Assembly: GCA_963779175.1 (NCBI GenBank)
Contig: CAVZXA010000003.1
Span: 1,025,625-1,089,624 of the forward strand
Source: an uncultured Acidobacteriota bacterium
Lineage (GTDB): Bacteria; Acidobacteriota; Vicinamibacteria; Vicinamibacterales; UBA2999
Direction: 5' to 3'
DNA: 64,000 nucleotides
Every line of letters begins with the position of its first letter. Within the stretch, counting starts at the first letter, position 1. Shown here in pieces: positions 33,325 through 45,291 of the stretch. The position numbers were made by a program, and so were the translations under genes. The notes under the pieces were generated by a model. That model saw only the letters and a list, made by a program, of their open reading frames with translations. It did no database searches and had not been told where the DNA came from.

Positions 33325-34568
33325 CCCCGCTTGCGATCTTCCTGCTCGCCTGCGGCGCCGTGCTCGTCGGCACCGTCTCGGCCGCCTTCAGCACCATGAT
33401 GCGTCTGTCGCTGCGCCTGACGGCCGAGCGCAGCGATCGCGACGACCTGCTCGGGCGCTACCTCGACGACCCGATGCGGCTGTTCATCCCGGCGCGCATC
33501 GTGCTCGCCATCATCTACGTCGTCGCTGGCGCGCTGCTGGCGCGCGTCATCGGCATGCAGGCCGGTCACGGGCTGCCGACGCTCATCGCGGCGATGGCCA
33601 TCTTCGCACTGGTGGCCGAACATCTGGTGCCGCTGGTGCTGATCCGCCACGATCCGGAAGGCGTGCTGAGCGCGCTCCTGCCGGCGTTCCGGGCCGTCGA
33701 GCGGGTCCTGCGGCCGGTCACGACGGCGCTGCTCAGCGTCAGCCGCACGCCGCCATCCACCGAAGGCCCGGGCGAACTGGCCCCGCCGGTGCCCGGGGCG
33801 CCGGTGGTGGCCGTGCCCGAGACCGACGGCGGTCTCGAATCGGAGCCCGACCAGGCGCGGGCGCTGCTCCGGTCGATCGTCGACTTCCGCGACACGCTGG
33901 TGCGCGAGGTGATGACGCCGCGTCCGGACATCGTGGCGATCGAGGCGGGCAAGAGCCTGGCCGACCTGCGATCGCTGTTCCTCGAGCAGCAGTACTCGCG
34001 GGTGCCGGTCTTCGAGGGCACGCTCGACAACATCCTCGGCTTCGCGTTCGTGAAAGACCTGGTGCGCGACGACGACCCGTCGCGGCTCGGCATCCGCGAT
34101 CTGCTGCGCCCGGCGCACTTCGTCCCCGAGACCAAGAAGGTGCCGGCGCTGCTGCACGAGTTCCAGCGGGCGCGCGTGCAGAGCGCCATCGTCGTCGACG
34201 AATACGGCGGCACGGCGGGCCTGGTCACGCTGGAAGACCTGATCGAGGAAATCGTCGGCGAAATCCGCGACGAATACGACGTGGAGAGCGAGTCGGTGGT
34301 GGACGAAGGCGGCGGCACGTTCGTCGTGAGCGGCAAGGCCGACGTATCGGTGCTGCAGGCGCATCTGGGCGTGGTGGTCGAGCGCGCCGGCTTCGATTCG
34401 GTCGGCGGCTACCTGCTGGCGTCGCTCGGACGGGTGCCCCTGAAGGGCGAGCGTTTCGATGTCGGTGACGTGGCCGTCGAAGTGCTCGATGCCGAGCGGC
34501 GCCGCGTGACGCGGGTGCGGATGCAGCGGCGTCCCGCCGTTGCCGACGCCGAAACGGCGGGCGCATGA
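33321..34568 (+). CDS. Hemolysin-family protein (DUF21 + CBS pair + CorC_HlyC)
   Basis: N-terminal multi-TM DUF21, VMTPRPDIV, a CBS pair, and a C-terminal CorC domain. Sits in the ybeX position of the phoH-ybeY operon. Confidence 0.8.
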   Translation: MTPLAIFLLACGAVLVGTVSAAFSTMMRLSLRLTAERSDRDDLLGRYLDDPMRLFIPARIVLAIIYVVAGALLARVIGMQAGHGLPTLIAAMAIFALVAEHLVPLVLIRHDPEGVLSALLPAFRAVERVLRPVTTALLSVSRTPPSTEGPGELAPPVPGAPVVAVPETDGGLESEPDQARALLRSIVDFRDTLVREVMTPRPDIVAIEAGKSLADLRSLFLEQQYSRVPVFEGTLDNILGFAFVKDLVRDDDPSRLGIRDLLRPAHFVPETKKVPALLHEFQRARVQSAIVVDEYGGTAGLVTLEDLIEEIVGEIRDEYDVESESVVDEGGGTFVVSGKADVSVLQAHLGVVVERAGFDSVGGYLLASLGRVPLKGERFDVGDVAVEVLDAERRRVTRVRMQRRPAVADAETAGA

Positions 34569-35482
34569 AAGCCGGGTTCGTCGCCCTCGTCGGCCGGCCC
34601 AATGCCGGCAAGTCCACGCTGCTGAACCATCTGGTGGGCACCAAGCTCGCCATCGTCTCCGACAAGCCGCAGACCACCCGCAACCGCATCGTCGGCGTGC
34701 GGACGCTGCCCGGCGGGCAAATCGCCTACCTCGACACCCCGGGCATCCACAAGCCGCTGAAGACCCTCAACGCCCGGATGATGGACGTCTCGCGGGCGGT
34801 GCTCCGCGAAGTGGACGTCGTGACACTCGTCATCGACGCGACCGCCCCGGAAGGCGCCGGCGATCGCTTCGTGCGCGAGCTGGTCTCGACGGTGCGGGTG
34901 CCGGTCGTCATCGCGCTGAACAAGGTCGATCTGATGGCCAAGGCCGATCTGCTGCCGCGCATCGCCGCCATGGCCGAACGGAAGATCGCCGTCGACATCG
35001 TGCCGATCTCGGCGACCACCGGCGAGAACGTCGATCGGCTGGAAGCGGTGCTGCTGTCGCACCTGCCGGAAGGGCAGCCGCTCTTTCCCGAGGACTATCT
35101 GACCGACCAGCCCGAGCGCTTCTTCGCTGCCGAACTGGTGCGTGAGCAGGTACTGCGCCACACCCACGCCGAACTCCCGTTCAGCACCGCCGTGGTGGTC
35201 GATCAGTTCGGCGAGCCCGAGGCGCCCGGCGGGCTGATGCGCCTGCACTGCTCGATCCTGGTGGAACGGGCGACGCAGAAGCCGATCCTGCTCGGCAAGG
35301 GCGGCTCGATGATCAAGTCCATCGGCACCGCCGCGCGGCTTGCCCTCGAGGCGTTCTTCGACACCAAGGTGTTCCTCGACCTCCACGTCAAGGTCAAGGA
35401 GGACTGGCGCGACGATCCGCGTGCCCTCGCCGATATCGGCCTGCCCGAGATCGACGGCCGCGGCGGCCGCCGCAAGCGGTGA
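34565..35482 (+). CDS. era: GTPase Era
   Basis: GRPNAGKSTLLN, DTPG, NKVD, and a C-terminal KH domain. Confidence 0.95.
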   Translation: MKAGFVALVGRPNAGKSTLLNHLVGTKLAIVSDKPQTTRNRIVGVRTLPGGQIAYLDTPGIHKPLKTLNARMMDVSRAVLREVDVVTLVIDATAPEGAGDRFVRELVSTVRVPVVIALNKVDLMAKADLLPRIAAMAERKIAVDIVPISATTGENVDRLEAVLLSHLPEGQPLFPEDYLTDQPERFFAAELVREQVLRHTHAELPFSTAVVVDQFGEPEAPGGLMRLHCSILVERATQKPILLGKGGSMIKSIGTAARLALEAFFDTKVFLDLHVKVKEDWRDDPRALADIGLPEIDGRGGRRKR

Positions 35483-35528
35483 CGCCTCCCGTGGTAACGT
35501 TGTGCGGATCTGAGCTTCCCTGACTGTC

Positions 35529-36899
35529 ATGGCGCCGCAGCGAAGAATCGACGTCGTGCTGGATTCGGTCCGGCGGCTGCTGCGGATCGGCGCCACCGCC
35601 AACCTCCAGAATCTCCTTCAGAAGCAGCACCCGGCCGACCTCGGCCAGATCTTCAGTGACCTGCACGAAGGCGAGCGCACGGCCGCCTTCAGCATCCTGG
35701 TCGAACGCCAGCCGCGGCTGGCGATGGAGAGCCTGAGCGAACTCGGGCCCGAACGCGGTGCGGCGCTGCTGGCTGTCCGATCGGCTGAAGAGATCGCCAA
35801 GCTGGTGCAGGAGATCCCGTCCGACGACGCCGCGGCGCTCATCGATCACCTGCCCGAGGAGCTCTCCAACGAAGTGCTCGAGCTGATGCGGCGGCGCGAG
35901 TCGGGGCAGGTCGAGAGCCTGCTCGACTACGCCGAACGCACCGCCGGCCGCATCATGAACCCGAACGTCTTCGCCCTCAGCGAAGACCTGACGGTGGCCG
36001 AAGCGGTGTCGGCGCTCCAGAGCGCCATCAACGTCGAGATGGTGTTCTACCTGTACGTCGTCGACGTGCGGCGCCATCTGGTGGGCGTGACGTCACTGCG
36101 TCGTCTGCTGCTGGTGGCGCCGGAAACGCCGCTCAAGCGGATCATGACGCCCGACGTGTTCAGCGTCCGCGTCGACACCGACCAGGAAGAAGCGGCCCGG
36201 CTGGTGGCCTCCTACAACCTGCTGGCGATCCCGGTCGTCGACGAAGAGAACAAGCTGGCCGGCGTCATCACGGTCGATGACGTCATCGACGTGCTCAAGG
36301 ACGAGGCCACCGAAGATCTCTATCGCCTGGCCGGCGTGTCGGGTGACGAGCGCGTCGAGACCCCGGCCTGGGAGGCCCTGAAGAAGCGCCTGCCGTGGCT
36401 GGGCGTCAACCTGGGCACGGCGTTCCTGGCCGCCTCGGTGGTCGCCGCCTTCGAAGACACCATCAGCCAGGCCACGGCGCTGGCCGTCTTCATGCCGATT
36501 GTCGCCGGCATGGGTGGCAACGCCGGGACCCAGACGCTGACCGTCATCGTGCGCGGCCTGGCCCTGGGCGAGCTCTCCGGGGCCAACGCCCGGAAGGCGC
36601 TCTTCAAGGAGGTCGCCATCGGTCTGGGCAACGGCGTGGCGCTGGGCATCGTGGCGGCGCTGGTGGCCTGGATGACCAAGGGCAATCCGGTGCTGGGCCT
36701 GTTGCTCGGCATGGCGATGGTCTGCAACATGCTCGTGGCTTCCACTGCCGGCACCCTGGTGCCCCTCGGTCTCAAGGCCATGAAGGTCGACCCGGCGCTG
36801 GCGTCGTCGGTCTTCATCACGACCTTCACCGATGTCGTGGGCTTCGCCTCCTTCCTGGGCCTGGCGACGATATTTCTGCGTTACCTCGGCCCGGGGTAG
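35529..36899 (+). CDS. mgtE: Magnesium transporter MgtE
   Basis: N-domain, a CBS pair, and a C-terminal 5-TM domain containing GMGGNAGTQ. Confidence 0.9.
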   Translation: MAPQRRIDVVLDSVRRLLRIGATANLQNLLQKQHPADLGQIFSDLHEGERTAAFSILVERQPRLAMESLSELGPERGAALLAVRSAEEIAKLVQEIPSDDAAALIDHLPEELSNEVLELMRRRESGQVESLLDYAERTAGRIMNPNVFALSEDLTVAEAVSALQSAINVEMVFYLYVVDVRRHLVGVTSLRRLLLVAPETPLKRIMTPDVFSVRVDTDQEEAARLVASYNLLAIPVVDEENKLAGVITVDDVIDVLKDEATEDLYRLAGVSGDERVETPAWEALKKRLPWLGVNLGTAFLAASVVAAFEDTISQATALAVFMPIVAGMGGNAGTQTLTVIVRGLALGELSGANARKALFKEVAIGLGNGVALGIVAALVAWMTKGNPVLGLLLGMAMVCNMLVASTAGTLVPLGLKAMKVDPALASSVFITTFTDVVGFASFLGLATIFLRYLGPG

Positions 36900-36939
36900 A
36901 CCGGGGAACCGGATAGAATGAGCAGCGAGGTCGGCGTCG

Positions 36940-37704
36940 GTGCCCCTCTATACCGCTGACGCGCTGGTGCTGCGCACGTACAAGCTCGGCGAAGCCGACC
37001 GCATCGTGGTCTTCCTCACCCGGGACCGCGGCAAGAAGCGGGGGGTGGCGCAATCGGCGCGGAGGCCGCGCTCCCGCTTCGCCGGCGCCCTCGAACCGCT
37101 GACCGAGGTGCGGGTGGCCTACTTCGAGAAGGAGCAGCGCGAGCTGGTGAATCTCAACTACGCCGAACCGGTGCGATCGCCGATGTCCACGCCGAACCCG
37201 GACGCGCTGGGATACAGCGCCTATTTCGCCGAGCTGCTCGACGCCGTGGCCCTCGATGCCGACCCGGACGAGCGCCTGTTCCGGCTGGGCACCGCCACGC
37301 TCGAGGCCCTCACCGTGGGCGGGCCGGTGGCGCCGCTGGCCCGGTATTTCGAATGCTGGCTGCTGCGGCTCCAGGGCGTGTATCCCGCCGACGTGGCGTG
37401 TTCGGCGTGCGGCACCGACTTTGCGACCGACGACGGCGCCTACCTGGCGGTGGAAGGGCACGGCTTCGTGTGCCGGTCCTGCCACGGCGCGCAGGGCACC
37501 GACGACCGGTATCTGTCCTCCCGGGCGCTGGCCTTCATCAGGGCCGCCCGGCGGGTGAAGCCGGTCGACGCGGCCGGCCTCGGCGCCTCCGACAGTGTCC
37601 TCCGCGAACTCGACCTGGCGCACCGCGCGCTGCTCGGCTCGCACCTCGATCGACAGTTGAAGTCGGTGCGCGTCGTGCAGGCGCTCGGCCGGCCTTCCCG
37701 ATAG
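36940..37704 (+). CDS. recO: DNA repair protein RecO
   Basis: OB-fold N-terminus (ALVLRTYKLGEADRIV) and a Cys4 zinc motif (CSACG...CRSCH). GTG start. Confidence 0.8.
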   Translation: MPLYTADALVLRTYKLGEADRIVVFLTRDRGKKRGVAQSARRPRSRFAGALEPLTEVRVAYFEKEQRELVNLNYAEPVRSPMSTPNPDALGYSAYFAELLDAVALDADPDERLFRLGTATLEALTVGGPVAPLARYFECWLLRLQGVYPADVACSACGTDFATDDGAYLAVEGHGFVCRSCHGAQGTDDRYLSSRALAFIRAARRVKPVDAAGLGASDSVLRELDLAHRALLGSHLDRQLKSVRVVQALGRPSR

Positions 37705-37714
37705 GCGATTCCCG

Positions 37715-38612
37715 GTGACCTTTCAGGACCTCATCCTCAAGCTCTCGACCTTCTGGGCCTCCCGCGGGCTGCCTGCTGCAGCAGCCGCTCGACCTCGAGG
37801 TGGGCGCCGGCACCTCGCATCCGGAGACGCTCTTCCGGGTGCTCGGCCCCGACCACTGGCAGGTGGCGTACGTGCAACCCTCGCGGCGGCCCGACGACGG
37901 CCGCTTCGGCCAGAACCCGAACCGGCTGTTCAAGCATCACCAGTTCCAGGTCATCCTCAAGCCGTCGCCCGACGAAATCCAGCAGATCTATCTCGACAGC
38001 CTCGAAGCCTGCGGCATCAATCCGCGGCAGCACGACGTGCGCTTCGAGGAAGACAACTGGGAATCGCCGGCGCTCGGCGCCTGGGGCATCGGCTGGCAGG
38101 TGATGCTCGACGGGCTCGAGATCACGCAGTTCACCTACTTCCAGCAGGTGGGCGGCGTGAACCTGGCGCCGGTCTCGGTCGAGATCACCTACGGCCTCGA
38201 ACGCCTGGCGATGTTCCTGCAGAAGGTCGACAACGTGTTCGATCTCGAGTGGGCGCCCGGCGTGAAATACGGCGAGGTGCGGCTGCGCGAGGAGATCGAG
38301 CAGTCGAAGTACGCCTTCAACCAGGACACCGGCATTCCGGCCGAGGAGTACGCGGCGTTCCATCGCGCGCAGTTCGAGGCCAACTACGGCTTCGCCGGCC
38401 GGCTGGCCGACGCCAAGCTCCTCCTGCCGGCGCTCGAGTACGCGCTCAAGTGTTCGCATCTCTTCAACCTGCTGGACTCGAGTGGCAGCATCGGCGTCAC
38501 CGAGCGCACCGCATACATCCTGCGGGTGCGGCAACTGGCCGTCCGCCTGTGCCGCGAGTATGCGGCCGGGGCCGAGGCCACCGCGGCCGCCAGGGCCGAG
38601 GTCGCAGGCTAA
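37715..38612 (+). pseudogene. glyQ: Glycine--tRNA ligase alpha subunit, frame broken once near its 5' end
   Basis: [18 protein letters not shown] (frame 2) continues as [21 protein letters not shown]... in frame 0. The junction is at the GGG run 37766-37768. Removing one G restores the conserved N-terminus. Confidence 0.9.
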
Positions 38613-38618
38613 GCGCGC

Positions 38619-40858
38619 GTGACTGTCATGGATAGAGAGCTGCTCATCGAAATCGGGACCGAGGAACTGCCGGCGCGCTGGCTGCCGGGCCTCACCACAC
38701 AATTCGGCGCCCGCCTCGAGGCCCGTCTGCGCGAATGGCGGCTGCCCTCGGCCGAACCCATCGAGACCTTCAGCACGCCGCGCCGCCTGGTGGCGCGGGC
38801 CGTGAAGATTCCCGAACGTCAGACCGACTTCGAAGACGTGGTGACGGGGCCGCCGGTGTCGGCGGCCTTCCAGGCCGACGGCCAGCTCACCGGCGCCGGC
38901 CTCGGCTTCGCCCGCAAGCAGGGCGTGGAGCCGGCGGTCGCTCGAACGCATCGAGACACCGAAAGGCGTCTACCTCGCCTATCGGAAGCAGCTGCGCGGC
39001 AAGACCACCGTGGACGTGCTGCCCGAGGTGCTGGCCGCGGCGCTGCGCGATCTGCAGTATCCCGAAGCAGCTGCGCTGGGACGCCCAGCTCGAAGACGGC
39101 AAGGGCGAGCTGCTCAGCGGCCGGCCGATTCGCTGGGTGCTCTTCCTCTACGGCGGGCGCGTCGTGCCGTTCGACATCACCCGCACGCCGCTGGCGTCGA
39201 GTTCGCTCGTGCAGGACATCCGCTCCGGCGCCGTCACCTTCGGCCATCGCTTCCTCACCACCAGCGGACGCGCCGGACGCGCCATCAAGGTCAAGGGCTT
39301 CGACGACTACCGCCGCCGCCTCGCCGAGAACTTCGTCATCATCGAACGCGGCGAACGGCACGATCGCATCGCCCGGGAACTCGACGCCGAAGCGCGCCGC
39401 CGTGGTGGACGCGTCGAGGTGTCGGCGGCCGGGGAGGAGGCGCTGGCGGAAGTGCCCGATCTGGTCGAATATCCGGCCGTGGTGTCGGGCGCCTTCCCGG
39501 AAGAGTTCCTGGCACTGCCGGCCGAAGTGCTGACCACGACGATGATCCACCACCAGCATTTCTTCCCGCTGGTGACCAGCCACGGCGCGCTGATGCCGGC
39601 GTTCCTCGCCGTGCTGAACATGGAGCCGGAGAAGCCCGAGATGGTGGCGCGCAACCTCGAGCGCGTCCTCACGGCGCGCCTGCGCGACGCGCGCTTCTTC
39701 TGGGATGCCGACCGCGCGCAGACGCTCGAGCAGCATCGCGGACGCCTGGCCACCGTGGCCTTCCATCAGGGGCTCGGCAGCTTCCGCGACAAGGCGGACC
39801 GACTGGAGCCGCTGGCCCGCTGGATCGCCGGCGATCTCTTCGGCCATCCGGAGGCCGCCGATGCGGCGGCCACGGCCGCCCGCTTGTGCAAGGCGGATCT
39901 CGGCACCGCCATGGTGCGCGAGCTGACCGAGCTGCAGGGCACGATGGGCGGCATCTACGCCCGCAACGAAGGGCTGCCCGAGCCGGTGTGGAAGGCCATC
40001 TATCACCACTACCTGCCGACGGCCGTCGAGCCGACGGGCGCGCCGAGCCGGACCGATCTCGGCGAGGCGGCCATCACGTGGGCGGCCGTGGCACTGGCCG
40101 ACAAGGTCGATACCCTGACCGGCATGTTCGTGGCCGGCGAGCGGCCGACCGGGTCGCGCGATCCGTACGGCATCCGCCGCGCCGCCCAGGGGCTGGTGCG
40201 CATCCTCGCCGACCTGCCCGAACTCACGGGCGTCGACCGGGCCATTCCGATCGAGCGCTTGACCGGGCGGGCGTTCGAGGCCTTTGCCGGACACGCCGGT
40301 CTGGGCGACGCCGCGCCGGCGCTGGCCGTGTTCCTCCGCGAACGCGTGGCCAGCGTGTTCGAGCAGCGCGGCGCCGACGTGCGCAACGTGCGGGCCGTGA
40401 TGGCGGGGGAGAGCACGCTGCTGCCGCTCACCATCCGCCGCCGGTTGAACGTGCTGCCCGAGTTCACCGACACGGCCGAGTTCAAGCAGCTCGCCGTGCT
40501 CTTCAAGCGCGTGCGAAACATCGCCAAGCAACTGCCGGACGAACAGTTCCGCGCCGCGGAAGCCTCGGGCACGGCCATTCCCGCGCTGTCGCTGCCGGCG
40601 GAACTGGCGCTCCACGACGAGATCGCCCGGCGGACCCCGGCGATTCAGTCGGCGGTGCTGGCCGGCGACGGCTACCGCAAGGCCTTCAGCGAAGCCGCGG
40701 CGTTCGGGCCGGCGGTGGCGACCTTCTTCGACGACGTGATGGTCATGGCCGACGACCCGGCGGTGCGCGAAGGCCGCCTGCGCCTGCTGCGCCGTCTCGA
40801 ATCCCTCATCCTGCAGCTCGCGGACATCGCCGAGATGGTGCCGCAATCCGACTCGTAA
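38619..40858 (+). pseudogene. glyS: Glycine--tRNA ligase beta subunit, frame broken twice
   Basis: ...GFARKQGVEPA (frame 0) | LERIETPKGVYLAYRKQLRGKTTVDVLPEVLAAALRDLQYP (frame 1) | KQLRWDAQLEDGKGELLSGRPIRW... (frame 2). Junctions lie near 38938 and 39063. ATG 38628 is an alternative start. Confidence 0.9.
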
Positions 40859-40872
40859 GGAGTTCCCTCGAC

Positions 40873-43779
<2,907 letters not shown>

Positions 43780-43788
43780 GGACGCTCA

Positions 43789-43825
43789 CAGCGGCTAGCG
43801 GCTGGCGGCTAGGGCCTGGCGGGCA
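43789..43825 (+). repeat. CTAG heptamer array after ppdK (GCGGCTA GCGGCTG GCGGCTA GGGCCTG GCGGGCA)
   Basis: Read directly from the sequence. 7-nt period, in sense orientation relative to ppdK. Confidence 0.8.
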
Positions 43826-43859
43826 GATGATCACGCTGTCATGCTACCGAACGTGAAAG

Positions 43860-43885
43860 CGGGCCCGGCGTAGTCGCCGGGCCCG
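43860..43885. terminator. 11-bp GC stem-loop between convergent genes (possible bidirectional terminator)
   Basis: CGGGCCCGGCG tagt CGCCGGGCCCG. Only the minus-strand reading has a weak U-tract (GCUUUC). Confidence 0.4.
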
Positions 43886-43901
43886 AATCGTGCGCGGGCA
43901 T

Positions 43902-43931
43902 CTAGCCGCTAGCCGCTAGTCCCAAGCCGCT
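43902..43931 (-). repeat. CTAG heptamer array after the ScyD-like gene (plus strand: TAGCCGC TAGCCGC TAGTCCC AAGCCGC)
   Basis: CTAG at 43902, 43909 and 43916. Read on the minus strand it is GGCTAGC, in the sense direction of the minus-strand gene. Confidence 0.8.
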
Positions 43932-43934
43932 GGT

Positions 43935-45136
43935 TCAGCGGGGGACCAGGATTCGAAGAATCCGTCCCCCCGCGTTCTCGGTCACGAACAGGTCCCCGGT
44001 GCGCGTGTCCACCGCCAGGTGCGTGGGGGTGCGCAGGTTGTCGGCCATGACCAGCCTGGTGCCGCGTGTCGCGTCCACCCGCAGCACGCGGCCGGGGCCG
44101 CCGGTGAGGAAGGCGGCGCTGTACTCGACCACGTAGTACCTGGTCGCTCGTGCCGACAATCGGCAGCACGTCCACCGCGGTCTGCAGGCCCGTGACCACC
44201 GGCGTCACGGCGCCGGTGGAGCGCGAAATCCGCTGCACGCTGGCCGCGCCCGGCCCGAAGGGGAAGCCGGTGAGCAGCGACACCACGAAGTCGTCGCCGG
44301 CCACGCGCAGGCTGGCGGGCACGGCTTCGCTGGTGGGCCCGCCGGTGCCGGGGAAGAGCGTGTTCGGCACGTTGGCAAACGCCGCCACCTGCGTCACGGG
44401 GCCGCCCGGCGCCAGCCGGATCGACCACACGGCGTTCATCGACGCGTCGTTGATGGCCAGCCCGGCGGCACTGCCCACCACACCGTAGGGATTCGAGAAT
44501 CCGCACATGACGCGGCTCGTCGGGTCGCGGCTCGGCCACGTAGCTGGGGAAGTCGACCAGCCGCGACACGCGGAGCGCCTCGCCGCTGGCGTTGTGCAGA
44601 TACACGGCCCGGTCGGCGGCGAGCAGGTCGTGTTGCGGGCGTTGCAGGGCGAAGCCCAGCGAGAACGAGCCTGCCGCGTCCGGGAACTCCAGCACCAGCA
44701 CCGAGCTGAAGAGCGGCGACGACACCTGCGGATTGGGAATCTCGCTGCCCTGGCCGGCGCCGGAGATGGTGGTGTCGCCGCCACCGATGGTGACGTAGAG
44801 GGTGCGGTCGACCAGCAGCATGCCATTGGGCCCGGCAGGGTCGCGGCCCAGGAACAAGGCCGACGGCAGGCCATCGATCACGGTGAAGCGGCGGGCGTCG
44901 CGATCGACGAACGAGATGCGTCCGGTATTGGGCCCGTTGCCGGCTTCGGCCACCAGCAGCTCGCCGGCCGGGAGCGCCAGCAGTTTGGCCGGGGCCCGCA
45001 GCCCCCCGACATGTTCCTGCACCGTCTGCCCGCCGGCCGGCCCGGCCGTGACCGCAAGCACCACGGCGCCCACGATGACCACCGACTTCAAGTTGCTCCG
45101 CATCCTGCCTCCAAATGCCTCGCGCACCCGCCGCAC
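43935..45136 (-). pseudogene. Secreted beta-propeller protein, ScyD/ScyE-family-like, frame broken twice
   Basis: Three minus-strand ORFs join as ...DFPSYVAEPRPDE | RVMCGFSNPYGVVGSAAGLAINDASMNAVW...AVDVLPIVGTSDQ | YYVVEYSAAFLTGGPGRVLRVD...TGDLFVTENAGGRILRI. Junctions lie near 44515 and 44140. The signal peptide begins at ATG 45103. The family call is from memory of motif patterns. Confidence 0.5.
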
Positions 45137-45165
45137 CGCGGTCGGCCGCCGGCAGGCGCTGGGCT

Positions 45166-45171
45166 TATAAT
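45166..45171 (+). promoter_or_regulatory. Candidate -10 box (perfect TATAAT) upstream of the wHTH regulator gene
   Basis: GCTTATAATGG lies 121 nt before ATG 45292, in the divergent gap. Confidence 0.3.
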
Positions 45172-45291
45172 GGCGCCGGGTTCGAGTCGGAATCGACCGC
45201 GCCCGCCGCCTCCGTGTCGCTGTTGGTTGTAGCGGCGCGGCGCGTGCCCCGTCACGAAAGCCAGCCGAAATCCAGACGAAGCCTTGCCGAA

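Noticed and set aside
37760-39070. Programmed +1 ribosomal frameshifting or another recoding mechanism as the explanation for the uniform +1 breaks.
   Set aside because: There is no shared slippery motif, no in-frame rare or stop codon at the sites as in prfB, and no common downstream structure. Contexts differ at every site. Two or three breaks per gene in essential genes is not compatible with known bacterial recoding. An insertion-biased sequence error is simpler.
39010-40872. The N-terminal 620 aa of the 1589-aa ORF 39010-43779, which could be read as a giant fusion protein.
   Set aside because: Only the first ~17 codons (part of glyS in its middle frame) and the part from ATG 40873 (ppdK) make sense. 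The stretch between is Arg/Pro junk overlapping the true glyS frame.
43789-43931. The heptamer arrays interpreted as a CRISPR array or as terminal inverted repeats of a transposon/MITE.
   Set aside because: The units are 7 nt with no spacers, so this is not CRISPR. No transposase and no target-site duplication are visible. The solo co-directional array at 27896 and the array at 55000 show the arrays track individual gene ends and do not always occur as pairs. A REP/MITE-like origin cannot be fully excluded.
45172-45205. tRNA-like T-arm sequence GGGTTCGAGTCGGAATCGACC.
   Set aside because: The flanking bases do not form the 5-bp T-stem. No acceptor, D or anticodon arms can be drawn around it.
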